DNA from: Nitrosopumilus sp.
GTDB lineage: Archaea > Thermoproteota > Nitrososphaeria > Nitrososphaerales > Nitrosopumilaceae
DNA length: 64,000 nt
Assembly: GCA_965205675.1 (NCBI GenBank)
Contig: OZ242186.1
Coordinates: 1,248,001 to 1,312,000 of the forward strand
Reading direction: 5' to 3'
Shown one piece after another: positions 11,130-21,529 of this stretch. Each line of letters begins with the position of its first letter. Within the stretch, counting starts at the first letter, position 1. The position numbers and the translations under genes are program-made. The notes under the pieces are model-generated. The model was not told the origin of the DNA, searched no databases, and was given only the letters and a program-made list of their open reading frames with translations.

Positions 11130-11384
11130 GTGCTAAATATCATGTGTAAAAGATATACTGCAACAATTCCATTTACAAAGAAAACCGCCAAAATCGTGAT
11201 TGCTGTATTTTTAAAATTTTTGATGATTGCTGCAATATTAGACAGGATTTTAAATGGTCAGCAAAGTGGCGTTTATCAGGCTTTAGTAATATTTGGAGGT
11301 ATATCCAACGCAGTTTTTTGGCTATATCAGTTGGGTGCATGGTACGAAGAAGGAAGATTGCCAAAACTCTCATTTAAAAAATAA
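11130..11384 (+). CDS. Small 2-TM membrane protein
   Basis: Two hydrophobic segments; ends 1 nt before the next ATG. Confidence 0.5.
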   Translation: MLNIMCKRYTATIPFTKKTAKIVIAVFLKFLMIAAILDRILNGQQSGVYQALVIFGGISNAVFWLYQLGAWYEEGRLPKLSFKK

Positions 11385-11385
11385 G

Positions 11386-12741
11386 ATGAAGATAGAAATA
11401 TCAAAAATCAAAGTAGGAAAAAGAATCAGAGAGGACATGGGAGACATTGCAGGTCTTGCAGCAAGTATCGCAGAGAACGAACTGTTATGTCCGATACTGC
11501 TCAGAGAAGACGGCAGCGACACGTACAAAATATTGGCAGGTTGTAGAAGGCTTGATGCAGCCAAACTGTCAGGACAGAAAACAATCGAGTCAATAATCAA
11601 AAAAGAGAATGCCGACACACAATCAAAAGCTCCAAGGGGCGTCCCGTATGACGCCATAATTGAGATTGAAGAAAATGATGCAAGGAAGGACTTTACACAA
11701 AGTGAAAAGGCAAAGATTGCAGAAATAATGAGACCGCATTTCAAAAATCATACAAACCAAGGCAAACGCAGCGATTTGGAACAATTGATTTCCGACGAAT
11801 CCTCGGCAAAGACCAGGACCGAAAGCGTTGATGATAAAATTGGAAAAATCCTAAATGAAAGCGGAGAGACTGTGAGAAAAAGAACAAAGGTGTTTGAGAA
11901 TATAGATGAGGATACAAAAAAGGCGCTTGATTCAGGCAAAAAATCACTGCACTCTGCATATCAAAAGACCGTTGCCAGAGAGAACGCAGAAAAACCAACG
12001 CCCAAACTGCCTGCAGGAAAATTCAATCATATCGTAGAGGACCCTCCGTGGGACTACAAAAACAAGAACATTGGAGGTGCGGGAAAATCAGGTGCGTCAT
12101 TTCATTACAAAACAGAACCGACAAATATCATTGCCAAAATTCCAGTGCATTTGATCGCAGCAGATAACGCAGTATTATACATGTGGACCACAAATCAGTA
12201 TCTCATAACAGGTTCCATGCTGGCAAGTGAGTACTATAACATACTAAACCAGCAAAGACTGCATCAATCATGCAAAAAAATTACAAACAAAGACAAGATA
12301 AAAAAAATACAAGAGCAGGTGGAGGCAGATAACGAGTTACTATCTGATGTTTTAAAAAAACAGAGGGTACAATCTGATGCCATATCCGTAATGCACTGTC
12401 ACGGATTTGTGCCAAAGTGTATCGTAACATGGCACAAGGAGGAAAAGAAGGGCTGGGGCGGCTACTGGCTCAACAATACAACTGAGCACCTGCTAATTGG
12501 CATTAGAGGCAACGTTCCAGCGTTTGGGTTGCCTGATGAGACAATAATAAAATCAAGATATGTCCCAAAATCGCACTCTAAAAAGCCCGAAGAAGCATGG
12601 CATCTAATCGAAAGGTGTGTCAATGCAACAAGATGGAATCACAAAAAACTTGAGATGAACTGTCGTACGCCAAGAGACGGATGGCTCCCTCACGGAGATC
12701 AAATCAGCACACAAGACATCAAGAAATGGAGAACAAAGTAA
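11386..12741 (+). CDS. ParB/Srx domain fused to MT-A70 N6-adenine methyltransferase
   Basis: N-terminal ParB (LAASI..LLCPILL..ILAGCRRL..EEND.RKD). C-terminal DPPW, LYMW, TTEHLLIGIRG, HSKKP and GD motifs. Start refined to ATG 11386. Confidence 0.88.
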   Translation: MKIEISKIKVGKRIREDMGDIAGLAASIAENELLCPILLREDGSDTYKILAGCRRLDAAKLSGQKTIESIIKKENADTQSKAPRGVPYDAIIEIEENDARKDFTQSEKAKIAEIMRPHFKNHTNQGKRSDLEQLISDESSAKTRTESVDDKIGKILNESGETVRKRTKVFENIDEDTKKALDSGKKSLHSAYQKTVARENAEKPTPKLPAGKFNHIVEDPPWDYKNKNIGGAGKSGASFHYKTEPTNIIAKIPVHLIAADNAVLYMWTTNQYLITGSMLASEYYNILNQQRLHQSCKKITNKDKIKKIQEQVEADNELLSDVLKKQRVQSDAISVMHCHGFVPKCIVTWHKEEKKGWGGYWLNNTTEHLLIGIRGNVPAFGLPDETIIKSRYVPKSHSKKPEEAWHLIERCVNATRWNHKKLEMNCRTPRDGWLPHGDQISTQDIKKWRTK

Positions 12742-13037
12742 ATTGGAAACTCGAGCAGACTTTTTTTCATTTACAAGAAATTATGAAACTTGTATGCAAT
12801 TCAGAAATACCATTGCAGATAAAGTTGAGACAACAACTGAAAGTCATTCTCCAAAATATCAATGTGCAAGATACATGCACTAGCCAGACATGGGAGATGA
12901 ATCGGATTGACAAAGTTTAGAATTACATGCGATACTTGTTTTGTTTCGTGGAACACCAAAACTACCTCTCAGGCAAAACAGATAAGAACAATTCATGATG
13001 CCATACACCACGACATTCACAACATCAGGATAGTTGA

Positions 13038-13469
13038 TTGCACATGACAAAGTTGCATTGCAACATGATTCAAGACATACCTGATTGGAAGACCGCAATT
13101 AAAGTTGCAACAGATATTGTATTGGGCGTAAACCATAAAACTCATGAACCAGAATCATTCCAAGAAGTTTCTGCAATAATGGGAAAAGCGACTGAAATGT
13201 TGTTACTTTCTAAAAATGAAAAATATGGCAAAGGAAACATGCTTTCTGCTACAAAATTCAATGTTACAGTTGAGCAAGGATTGATGATAAGGGAAAATGA
13301 CAAAACAGAAAGAATACTTAATCATTTTTCAGGAATAGATCTCGGAAAAGAAGGGCTGCTAGAATCGTTTGGTGATAAAGCCGGTTACTCTGAAATCGGA
13401 ATGATGCTGCAGATGAAAACAAAGGATGGAAAATCATGGTACGAAATCCCAATAACAAAGGAGGATTAG
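13038..13469 (+). CDS. DUF1599 / nucleotide-modification-associated (MazG-like fold) protein
   Basis: KNEKYG..GLMIRENDKTERI..ESFGDKAGYS pattern. Confidence 0.65.
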   Translation: MHMTKLHCNMIQDIPDWKTAIKVATDIVLGVNHKTHEPESFQEVSAIMGKATEMLLLSKNEKYGKGNMLSATKFNVTVEQGLMIRENDKTERILNHFSGIDLGKEGLLESFGDKAGYSEIGMMLQMKTKDGKSWYEIPITKED

Positions 13470-13573
13470 AAAATGAGCAAGCCCCAACATGATGAATGTG
13501 CAGATGACAATCTCAGATATGACCATAACGATGAAACTTTTTAAAGATCATATCCATACAAACATCATAAACC

Positions 13574-13656
13574 CGTCAGGGATGGGATTCGAACACATGG
13601 ATCCGAGGGGACATGGTTTTTCAGACCATCGCAATACCATGTTATGCGACCCTGAC
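13574..13656 (-). tRNA. Class II tRNA with GAA (Phe) anticodon on a Ser-type body
   Basis: Acceptor GTCAGGG/CCCTGAC plus G73. D arm GCA..GG..TGC. Anticodon arm ATGGT-CTGAAAA-ACCAT. 14-nt variable region with a stem. T arm ATGTG-TTCGAAT-CCCAT with one mismatch. Confidence 0.88.
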
Positions 13657-14117
13657 TGAGTTTACTATTATCTTTCATTAATAAAAACATGATCGGCTCT
13701 GAGCATATGTGTAGCGGTTCTTACATGACATGATTGAGCAACCGTCAAAAGACAGCATGATAATATTTTTGGCGTACTATCTGATGAGGCAGAAAATAAA
13801 CCGCACGCCACAGAAGAAGAGCCAGATAACATATTGGCATCAGGTGCAGGGCAGTATAATTATGATGTACAGCAGATACACCGAAAACGAGACAAAAAAG
13901 ATTTTTGTGATTTTCATAAATGAGCAGAGTCGGAATTAACTCATACAAGACATAATGGCAAATTACCATCACGTAAACAGACACAAGACAAAATGTATGC
14001 TTTGCGGCAAAATGTGTCAGAACAAAAAAGAGAAGCGAAGACATACTGATGAGTGCCACCGAATAGGATAAAGCATCTAATGCTTCACACAACAGATTGT
14101 TTTCACATAAAAAATAA

Positions 14118-14411
14118 TTGTATCCGGATCAAATCAAAATTATAAAACAATTCATGCCAAAGTTTGGGTGTATTCAGAATCACATCATTAGATTTCTCAG
14201 GGAGTATAGAATAGCAGGTGTTGAAGACAGGAAATGCTCCGCAGAAATCCACGCCGTGAGAATTGGAGAGGACATATACGTGTATAACGGGAAACCGTTT
14301 GGATACAAATCCGCGTTTTGTGCTGATTTGGAATGTTTTTTGAAGAACTTGGATGAATCATCAATCACACGATACATGGAATCACTCCCAAGGAGAAAAT
14401 CCAGAAAATGA
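14118..14411 (+). CDS. Hypothetical protein
   Basis: ORF only. Confidence 0.45.
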   Translation: MYPDQIKIIKQFMPKFGCIQNHIIRFLREYRIAGVEDRKCSAEIHAVRIGEDIYVYNGKPFGYKSAFCADLECFLKNLDESSITRYMESLPRRKSRK

Positions 14412-14625
14412 ACAGGCACATTTTTTGCATCTCTAAGAATAAAACGACCGATGACCATCTCAAGGGTCTTGTTAGCAATTGTATCAAAATACAGATACGC
14501 GCAAGGTCTGTTGTATGAAATATCAGGCGCTGCAAGACAAAGGCAACTGCAAACAATCTGTTGCAACACCTCTGTATAGTGATAAAACATATAATTGCCA
14601 CAAACAATATCATACTGACTAGAAT

Positions 14626-14718
14626 ATGACTGAAAAAGAACTGAAAAACATTGAAAAGATTGGCCATGAAATTATCGATGAAAACCAAGAACTTTTTGAC
14701 ATGCTTGCAGAGTGCTGA
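14626..14718 (+). CDS. 30-aa Phd-like antitoxin peptide (not in ORF track)
   Basis: MTEKELKNIEKIGHEIIDENQELFDMLAEC, an acidic amphipathic helix that ends 1 nt before the Doc TTG start. Confidence 0.6.
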   Translation: MTEKELKNIEKIGHEIIDENQELFDMLAEC

Positions 14719-14719
14719 A

Positions 14720-15118
14720 TTGCAACTAGACGGAATTTTAGCATTACACAAAATAATAAAGACCAGATCCCCCCTACCTGTCAGTTCAGGTAAAGTTGAT
14801 GAAGGAATATTGCAAGGCATAATACAAAAAATGAATCTCAAACTGGAAGGATGCGAAAAATATCACTCAATATTCTCAAAGTCAGCATGCATTTTAGAGG
14901 GAATATCAAGACTGCATCCATTTACTGATGGAAACAAACGGACTGCACTATTATGCGCAATATCATACTTGCAATCAAATGGAATCAGGATTAATTTGAA
15001 TACAAATGATATTTTGTATGTACAATATGTGGCATCGTGTCAGTATACAGATGAGCAGCAAATAGAGAAATTAATTGCAGAGATTGCACTGTGGCTATCC
15101 AACAAGGCAACTGCCTAA
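14720..15118 (+). CDS. doc: Fic/Doc family toxin
   Basis: HPFTDGNKRTA signature; start refined to in-frame TTG 14720. Confidence 0.9.
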   Translation: MQLDGILALHKIIKTRSPLPVSSGKVDEGILQGIIQKMNLKLEGCEKYHSIFSKSACILEGISRLHPFTDGNKRTALLCAISYLQSNGIRINLNTNDILYVQYVASCQYTDEQQIEKLIAEIALWLSNKATA

Positions 15119-15146
15119 AACAATTCCATCAGAATAACTAAAAATA

Positions 15147-15941
15147 ATGTCCCCTCAGACCTGTCAGTGCCTCACGCCGAAGATAATCTCAGATGATACA
15201 GCAGGTGAAATACTGTGCAAAAACTGCGGCATAGTATTAGAATCGCACACCACGGGGCACAGCGATGCAAACGAGAAAAACACCACATCAAGGCATGATT
15301 ACGGCATCGGAACCGCTCCTGCAAAAATCAAGTTTGTGCACCGCTCTTCTCGCCAAATATCACAAAGAATCACTGCACAAGAGAAGAAAACAAGAGAGCT
15401 GTTCGGAGAGGTCGGACTGATACTGCAAAAAATATCTGCCGTCGCACCAATTGCAGGGGAAGCATACGGCATCGCAAGAAAATGCATCAGGCAGCACCTG
15501 ACACGGGGACGAAGAAGGGCAGACGTGGCAGCCGCGTGTGTTACAGTAGCGTGCAAGGTCCATGGAAAAGCAATCACTGAATCAGAAATCATCAAAGTTG
15601 CCAACTCATCTAAAAAGACCACGCGCAAGATGTCTCGAATAATACTTGAGGCATTTAATCTCAACATCATGACAGTTCATCAGAGAACGATAAGACTGAC
15701 AAACAGAATCTGCTCTGACTTGGGTCTGTCGCAGAGAGTCGCGACAATGTCACTGCGATTAATGGAAAAGGCAAGGAAGAACGGGCTTGTAGCATCATCG
15801 AACCCAGGAACAGTTGCAGGAGCTGTCGTATACCTCTCATGTGAGAAAACGATCTCTCAGAGAAAAATTGCGGTTCTCTCAGGCGTCACCGATGTAAGTG
15901 TGAGAAACTTTTGCAAGAAATTACAAACCATACCTTTATGA
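15147..15941 (+). CDS. tfb: Transcription factor B (TFIIB) homolog
   Basis: Zn ribbon (GEILCKNCGIVLE), two cyclin folds (TRGR..VAAACV.VACK) and C-terminal SQRKIA..GVTDVSVR HTH. Confidence 0.9.
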   Translation: MSPQTCQCLTPKIISDDTAGEILCKNCGIVLESHTTGHSDANEKNTTSRHDYGIGTAPAKIKFVHRSSRQISQRITAQEKKTRELFGEVGLILQKISAVAPIAGEAYGIARKCIRQHLTRGRRRADVAAACVTVACKVHGKAITESEIIKVANSSKKTTRKMSRIILEAFNLNIMTVHQRTIRLTNRICSDLGLSQRVATMSLRLMEKARKNGLVASSNPGTVAGAVVYLSCEKTISQRKIAVLSGVTDVSVRNFCKKLQTIPL

Positions 15942-16780
15942 ATAATTATACAAAACAGCAGACAGTGGAAATAAAAGAAAACCCAATCACATATTCTCTA
16001 AAAGAGGTCCCAATAGATGCAGTAACAGTATGGGAGGAGGCACAGGCCCGAACCCTCAATTACACTGACATTGACTCTCTTGCACGCTCAATCAAAGAGG
16101 AAGGACTGCAGAATCCCCCAATGGTACAGAAAAACGGTACTGATTCGTATCTGCTCATGTCCGGACAGAGAAGGCTTGCAGCACTAAAGAGACTCGGTTC
16201 CAAAACCATTCCCGTACTAGTACTATCAAAGAACAGCTCTTGTGGTATAGAGGATGCAAAGGCAGCATCAATCATCGAGAACATTCACAGACAGGATATG
16301 AGTACCTCTGAGATGACATCCTCGTGCCAGTTTCTGGCAGAGAAGATTGGCAAGTCAGAAACTGCCAAAATATTGGGAATAAAACGACGTACACTAAACG
16401 AATATCTTGGATTTGGTGCGGTGCCTGAGAGCATCAAAGAGATGGTTCCTAAAGTACTATCAAAACGAGATGCGATCAGAGTCTGCAGTATAGTTGGTAC
16501 GCCATCAAGGGCAGTTGAGGTTATCCGCAATACATCAAAGTATGACCGTTCCCAAAAGAAGAGGTACCTGGATGCGTTGGAGCAACTTGGCAGCACGGCA
16601 GAACATTCAGAGATACTAAGGCTGGCAAACTCTTTTAGAGCGCGACAGAACCTGTCTGTAAAACTATCAAAGAGTCATGCCCGGGGATTATCCAAAATAT
16701 CCAAAGAAAACAACCTAGAACCAGCAGAGTTTGCACAGAAAATAGTTGCAGACTATTTGTCCAGAAAGGGTTTCAAGTAA
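15938..16780 (+). CDS. parB: ParB/RepB/Spo0J family protein
   Basis: LARSIKEEGLQNPP..LMSGQRRLAALK..ENIHRQD followed by an HTH. Confidence 0.88.
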   Translation: MNNYTKQQTVEIKENPITYSLKEVPIDAVTVWEEAQARTLNYTDIDSLARSIKEEGLQNPPMVQKNGTDSYLLMSGQRRLAALKRLGSKTIPVLVLSKNSSCGIEDAKAASIIENIHRQDMSTSEMTSSCQFLAEKIGKSETAKILGIKRRTLNEYLGFGAVPESIKEMVPKVLSKRDAIRVCSIVGTPSRAVEVIRNTSKYDRSQKKRYLDALEQLGSTAEHSEILRLANSFRARQNLSVKLSKSHARGLSKISKENNLEPAEFAQKIVADYLSRKGFK

Positions 16781-16819
16781 TTTTACAAATAATTCCCAAA
16801 ATAATTCAAAATAGACAGA

Positions 16820-17392
16820 ATGAACATGGCGCTGGACTTTGACGGAGTGTTGTGTGACACCATACAAAAATGGATTGAGATATTTAATGCAGATTATTCT
16901 GCAAAATATGACAATTTGAAACTATCATATAATCAAGTAACAGAGTTTTATTTTTACAAGAGATATGGAATAACTGATGGCGATGCACTGCAAATATTTA
17001 CACAGTGCTGGGAATCATGGGATGAATTAACCCCGACAGAATTTTCATTGCAGCAAAAGACCAGGACACTGTCAGAACTATGCGACGGGGTAGACATCGT
17101 AACTGCAAATGTTCCTGACCCTCAAAAAGAATACCTGGAAAAGTTTTTGCAAAAATATTCAATCACATATAACGACATCATATTTGAGGAAGACAAGGAA
17201 TCTTTACACCATGATACATTCATAGATGACAGTTCCATTAATGCTCAAAAAACATACGATGCCGGAAAGTCGGTATTTCTGTATAACCAGCCATGGAATC
17301 GAGACATCAGATTACAAAGAACAAAGAAAAACCACATGACTCGGGCATACAGTCTGGACCATATCATTTGTATTTTACAAAACTATGATTGA
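16820..17392 (+). CDS. HAD-superfamily 5'(3')-deoxyribonucleotidase-like protein
   Basis: DFDGVLCD, IVTA, FIDD and NQPWN motifs. Confidence 0.85.
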   Translation: MNMALDFDGVLCDTIQKWIEIFNADYSAKYDNLKLSYNQVTEFYFYKRYGITDGDALQIFTQCWESWDELTPTEFSLQQKTRTLSELCDGVDIVTANVPDPQKEYLEKFLQKYSITYNDIIFEEDKESLHHDTFIDDSSINAQKTYDAGKSVFLYNQPWNRDIRLQRTKKNHMTRAYSLDHIICILQNYD

Positions 17393-17660
17393 AACAGTCA
17401 TCGTTTCGCTAGTCCTGGTTTCATGTGCAATCCGTTTTTACAGAAAATCCAAACATCTTCAGGAAGATAAAGATTTTTTCAAGTCGCAATATCTGAGATT
17501 GAGAAATTATGGAATAGACGGTACGCAAGAACTTGTCAAGCAGATTCCCGCATATGAAAAATATCTCAAAGAAATCCTCAAAGGAGACAAAGAAATTCAG
17601 GAATATGCAAAATTGCTACGAGAGAAGAAAAATAGAACGTCAGATGAGAAACATGAATGA
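17385..17660 (+). CDS. Small single-pass membrane protein (paralog of 41011)
   Basis: N-terminal TM helix, then KS..F...YLRLRNYGID. Confidence 0.7.
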   Translation: MIETVIVSLVLVSCAIRFYRKSKHLQEDKDFFKSQYLRLRNYGIDGTQELVKQIPAYEKYLKEILKGDKEIQEYAKLLREKKNRTSDEKHE

Positions 17661-18469
17661 CAAAAGAGATCCTTGTGGTGATATTGATCCCGTTTCTAAC
17701 TGCCGTGTTGTTTTCAAATACCCTGATCGCTGAGTTTCTAACGGATTATGAATTTTCGTTTGAACCCCTTGAAAACAACAAAACAGGAATAGTGATTTAC
17801 AACGACGGTCGATTTCAAGCAAATAATGTTCTAATCTCATTTCTTACAAATGACACTACTGAGATCGTATATGATAATTGTCCTGAAGGCACAATAATTA
17901 TGTCTGAAAATAATCAAGAGCCAACGATAATAGATATTCCCAGAATGACCCCTAGGCATTTTTGTGCATATAATTTTGAAGGCAATTTAGGTGTGCAGAA
18001 TATCCGCATTACATCAGATGACCGAATGACAGTATGGAAGAATGGCAAATCATCATACAATCCACTGTTTACGGAACTTGTGCTGGTTGGACTTTTTGTC
18101 GCATATGGAGTTTTGATACTGTATTTGATGCGACTTCCTTGGAAAGGCATTGAAAGCCTAATATGGCTAAAAATGTCTCGCAACAAATTCATTCCTTCAG
18201 AAAAAAACAATGATATTTGCAAGTTTGTAAAAAAGGAATACAGAACTACAATAAATGACAAAGATGCAGGAATTATCGAGGCAATATTTTGTGGAAAAGA
18301 CACCCCAAGACAAATCTTGGCACATACAATACTGCCTCACATGTATGTAAGATATAGATTACGACAGTTAGAAGAAAAAGATCTAATCAAAATAAACCCA
18401 ATCGCACTTGACGATACACTAAAGAAATTCCTCGAATCAGTTTCCAATTCAGATACCAAGAAAAAATAA
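17657..18469 (+). CDS. TM - extracellular beta domain - TM - wHTH membrane regulator (paralog of 41237)
   Basis: Two TM helices flanking a beta-rich domain with two Cys; C-terminal HTILPHMYVRYRLRQLEEKDLI. Confidence 0.7.
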   Translation: MTKEILVVILIPFLTAVLFSNTLIAEFLTDYEFSFEPLENNKTGIVIYNDGRFQANNVLISFLTNDTTEIVYDNCPEGTIIMSENNQEPTIIDIPRMTPRHFCAYNFEGNLGVQNIRITSDDRMTVWKNGKSSYNPLFTELVLVGLFVAYGVLILYLMRLPWKGIESLIWLKMSRNKFIPSEKNNDICKFVKKEYRTTINDKDAGIIEAIFCGKDTPRQILAHTILPHMYVRYRLRQLEEKDLIKINPIALDDTLKKFLESVSNSDTKKK

Positions 18470-18504
18470 TCACAGAAAACCAAGATTAATAATTTTACAA
18501 AACT

Positions 18505-20583
18505 ATGATTGAAAAAACAACCTACACAAAATCTGCCCTAGTCGACAGGCTAAAGGCATTCCTTAAGGAATTCAAGACCGACGGCAGATACATCTACATT
18601 GATAAAATCGATTCAATGATGCCTGCAAATGCCACGCATCTGACTGTAAACTATGCAGACTTTGCAAGTTCGGATTTGGAGTTAGAATTTAGGGAAAATC
18701 CTGATCTGATATTGGAGGTATTTGCAAGGGCAATCAAAGAAACATTACAAGTCAGATATCCCGACTATGCTGAGAAAACAAAAGACGAGATTGCTGTAAG
18801 AATAACAAACTATCCATTAAAAAACACGGTAAGGCAAATCAACTCAAAGTCGTCTGGAAAATTCATCACAATAAAGGCGATGCTGATTCGAATGTCTGCC
18901 GTAGAGTCAATTCCCAAGGTGGCAGTGTATGTGTGCCCTGATGATCATCCCACAATAATCACGGCAAAAAGAAATTTCAACACAAGAGTTCCAGTTGTGT
19001 GCAACAACCCAAGCTGCAAGCATCGAGAATTTGAGCTAAAGCAGGATGCAAGTACGTTTGTGGACTATCAGATACTGCATCTGCAAGAACTCCCCGGAGA
19101 ACTGCCACCAGGGCAGCTTCCAAAGACGCTGGGAGTATTCGTATCAGGGGACTTGGTGGACTCTGCAAGAATGGGCGACACTGTGGAAATATCAGGAATG
19201 GTGCGGGCCGAACTATCAAACAAGATAAAGCTGGGAAACGAGGTCCAGACATACAGACACAGGCTGTATGCCAACAACGTGGAGCGATTATCAAATGAGA
19301 ATGACTTTGGCGGAAAAATAACCCAAGAAGACATTGAGAAAATCACAAGAGTGTTCCAACACATTTCAGATGAGGGGGCAACAGAGCTAGTCATTGATTC
19401 ATTTGCACCACACATCAAGGGGCATCGACTAATCAAGGAAGCGTTGATACTCACCATGATCGGCTCCGATTCTCATACATTGCCTGACGGTGCAAAGGTG
19501 AGGGGAGACATTAACATATTTCTAGTCGGAGACCCCGGCACCGCAAAATCCGAGATGGGCAAGTCAACGTACAGGGTAGCCCCAAGAGCATTCTACACAT
19601 CAGGTAGGGGCTCGTCAGGCGTAGGACTTACTGCAAGTACAATCCAAGATAAAGTTACGGGAGCATACATGCTGGAGCCAGGCATTACGGTTCTGGCTGA
19701 TCTCGGAACTGCAATTATAGACGAGTTTGACAAAATGGATGCAAAGGATAGAAGTGCGTTACATGAGGTGATGGAGCAGCAGACAGTATCTGTAGCACGC
19801 GGTGGAATAAACGCGACCCTAAACGCGCGGGCATCAATTATAGCAATTGCAAATCCGGTATACGGAAAGTATGATCCATTCAAGAATCTTACTGAGAACA
19901 TTCCAAATATCCCAATACCTCTGCTTACGCGCTTTGATATGATATTTGTTGTAAGAGACGTTCCAGAAAAGGACAGGGACAGAAAAATTGCAAAACACGT
20001 GATATCTGCCCACAACAATAACCTGAATTCTGCATCAAAAAATGCCATGGACATGGAACTGTTTGCAAAATATCTAAGATATGCAAAGCAAAAACACCCA
20101 AAACTATCAACAGAGGCAGAGGAGAAGATAATAAATTATTATATAAAAATGAGAAATACCGATGATTCAGAATCCGGGTTCACCATAACTCCAAGGCAGC
20201 TTGAGGGACTGATACGACTTACCACCGCACGTGCAAAGTTGTTACTAAAGGATATTGCCGATGAAACAGATGCAGACAAGGCGATATCTGTCTTGGAGTT
20301 GATGTTTAAGAGTTCAGGAGTCGATGTCAATACTGGCAAGGTCGACTTGGGAGTATTGCAAGGCAGGCCAAAAAGCGAGAAAGACAAGATTGCGTTATTC
20401 CAGGACATCATGAAAGGACTGGCTGCAACGTATGGGCGAGGTGCAACTGAGAGGGAGATCATAGAGAAGATGGCAGATTCAGGAAAATGGGATGATGTCT
20501 CGGCAAAAGAATTCATCAAAAGATCTCTGAGAGAAAGTATGATTTACGAGTCAAGTCCTGGAAGATACAACCCCGTATCATAG
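18505..20583 (+). CDS. mcm: MCM replicative helicase
   Basis: Walker A GDPGTAKSE, Walker B IIDEFDKM, LHEVMEQQ, AIANP, TRFD and TPRQLE. Confidence 0.97.
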   Translation: MIEKTTYTKSALVDRLKAFLKEFKTDGRYIYIDKIDSMMPANATHLTVNYADFASSDLELEFRENPDLILEVFARAIKETLQVRYPDYAEKTKDEIAVRITNYPLKNTVRQINSKSSGKFITIKAMLIRMSAVESIPKVAVYVCPDDHPTIITAKRNFNTRVPVVCNNPSCKHREFELKQDASTFVDYQILHLQELPGELPPGQLPKTLGVFVSGDLVDSARMGDTVEISGMVRAELSNKIKLGNEVQTYRHRLYANNVERLSNENDFGGKITQEDIEKITRVFQHISDEGATELVIDSFAPHIKGHRLIKEALILTMIGSDSHTLPDGAKVRGDINIFLVGDPGTAKSEMGKSTYRVAPRAFYTSGRGSSGVGLTASTIQDKVTGAYMLEPGITVLADLGTAIIDEFDKMDAKDRSALHEVMEQQTVSVARGGINATLNARASIIAIANPVYGKYDPFKNLTENIPNIPIPLLTRFDMIFVVRDVPEKDRDRKIAKHVISAHNNNLNSASKNAMDMELFAKYLRYAKQKHPKLSTEAEEKIINYYIKMRNTDDSESGFTITPRQLEGLIRLTTARAKLLLKDIADETDADKAISVLELMFKSSGVDVNTGKVDLGVLQGRPKSEKDKIALFQDIMKGLAATYGRGATEREIIEKMADSGKWDDVSAKEFIKRSLRESMIYESSPGRYNPVS

Positions 20584-20612
20584 TATCATCGTATAATGAT
20601 ATCAATATAAAA

Positions 20613-20924
20613 ATGCCAAAACCCGCAGTACCACAAAAGAACCATTATCTTGACATAATATCCCTTACAAATGAGATAGTACGAATCCAGAAAAAAATGA
20701 TAAAAATCAGAAATCAAATGAATGATTTTCTAGAGAATACAGATGAGACAATACGGATTCAAAGAAGGCTTGAAAAATCAAGAATAAGCACCACTGTATC
20801 AGGGTATGCCGCAGAGAGATTCAAGGAATTTGTCAAAAAAAAACATCATGGAGTAATACGTGGTTCATATCAGCATGAAATGGAGATGGCTATGTTGTTT
20901 TACATTCATTTTTACGATATTTGA
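20613..20924 (+). CDS. Coiled-coil plus RHH-like protein
   Basis: ISTTVS..FKEFVKKKHHGVIRGSYQHEMEMAMLFY, shared with the N-terminus of 21530. Confidence 0.65.
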   Translation: MPKPAVPQKNHYLDIISLTNEIVRIQKKMIKIRNQMNDFLENTDETIRIQRRLEKSRISTTVSGYAAERFKEFVKKKHHGVIRGSYQHEMEMAMLFYIHFYDI

Positions 20925-20994
20925 TCGCAGAAAAACCATGGTAAAAAGGCGATCAAAAATAATTGTAAAGTTTTTGCAAGTCGTGCCTAAAATC

Positions 20995-21510
20995 GGCGCC
21001 AGCTGGTGCCAAACTGCAAATAGTTTAAGACTATATGATCTCAAAACCAACTAATTGTTTGTTTGTTGTTTGTTTGCAAGTAGATATGGAAAAAATTTCA
21101 GAGTTATTTTTAGGAACGAAAAACTGTTAATTTCACTGATTTTTGAGATATCACAACAAACTCTTTGTAGTTTGGCGCCAACTGGTGCCAACTGGTGCCA
21201 AACTACAAATAATTAATTAAAAATATGCATTATAACGCCAAACTACAAATAATTTTTAGATCTCTAGGCACGAATAATTCTGAAAACAGTATCTATGATA
21301 CTTCAAACAATAAAACAACAAACAAACAATTTTAGGCGTGTTGGCGCCAAACTACAATTTGTTGTTTAGTGCCAAACTACAATTTGTTGTTTAGTGCCAA
21401 ACTACAATTTGTTGTTTAGTGCCAAACTACAATTTGTTGTTTAGTGCCAAACTACAATTTGTTGTTTAGTGCCAAACTACAATTTGTTGTTTAGTGCCAA
21501 ACTACAAATA
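20995..21510. promoter_or_regulatory. Putative replication origin
   Basis: Noncoding AT-rich region after mcm with dispersed direct and inverted GCCAAACTACAA boxes and a tandem array. Confidence 0.65.
21346..21507 (+). repeat. 25-bp tandem repeat, 6 full copies plus a partial (iteron-like)
   Basis: GCCAAACTACAATTTGTTGTTTAGT repeated identically with no spacers. Confidence 0.97.
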
Positions 21511-21529
21511 ATTATTAATCGTATCTGAA

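Noticed and set aside
21346-21507. 25-bp repeats as a CRISPR array
   Set aside because: The units are contiguous and identical with no spacers, and no cas genes are present.
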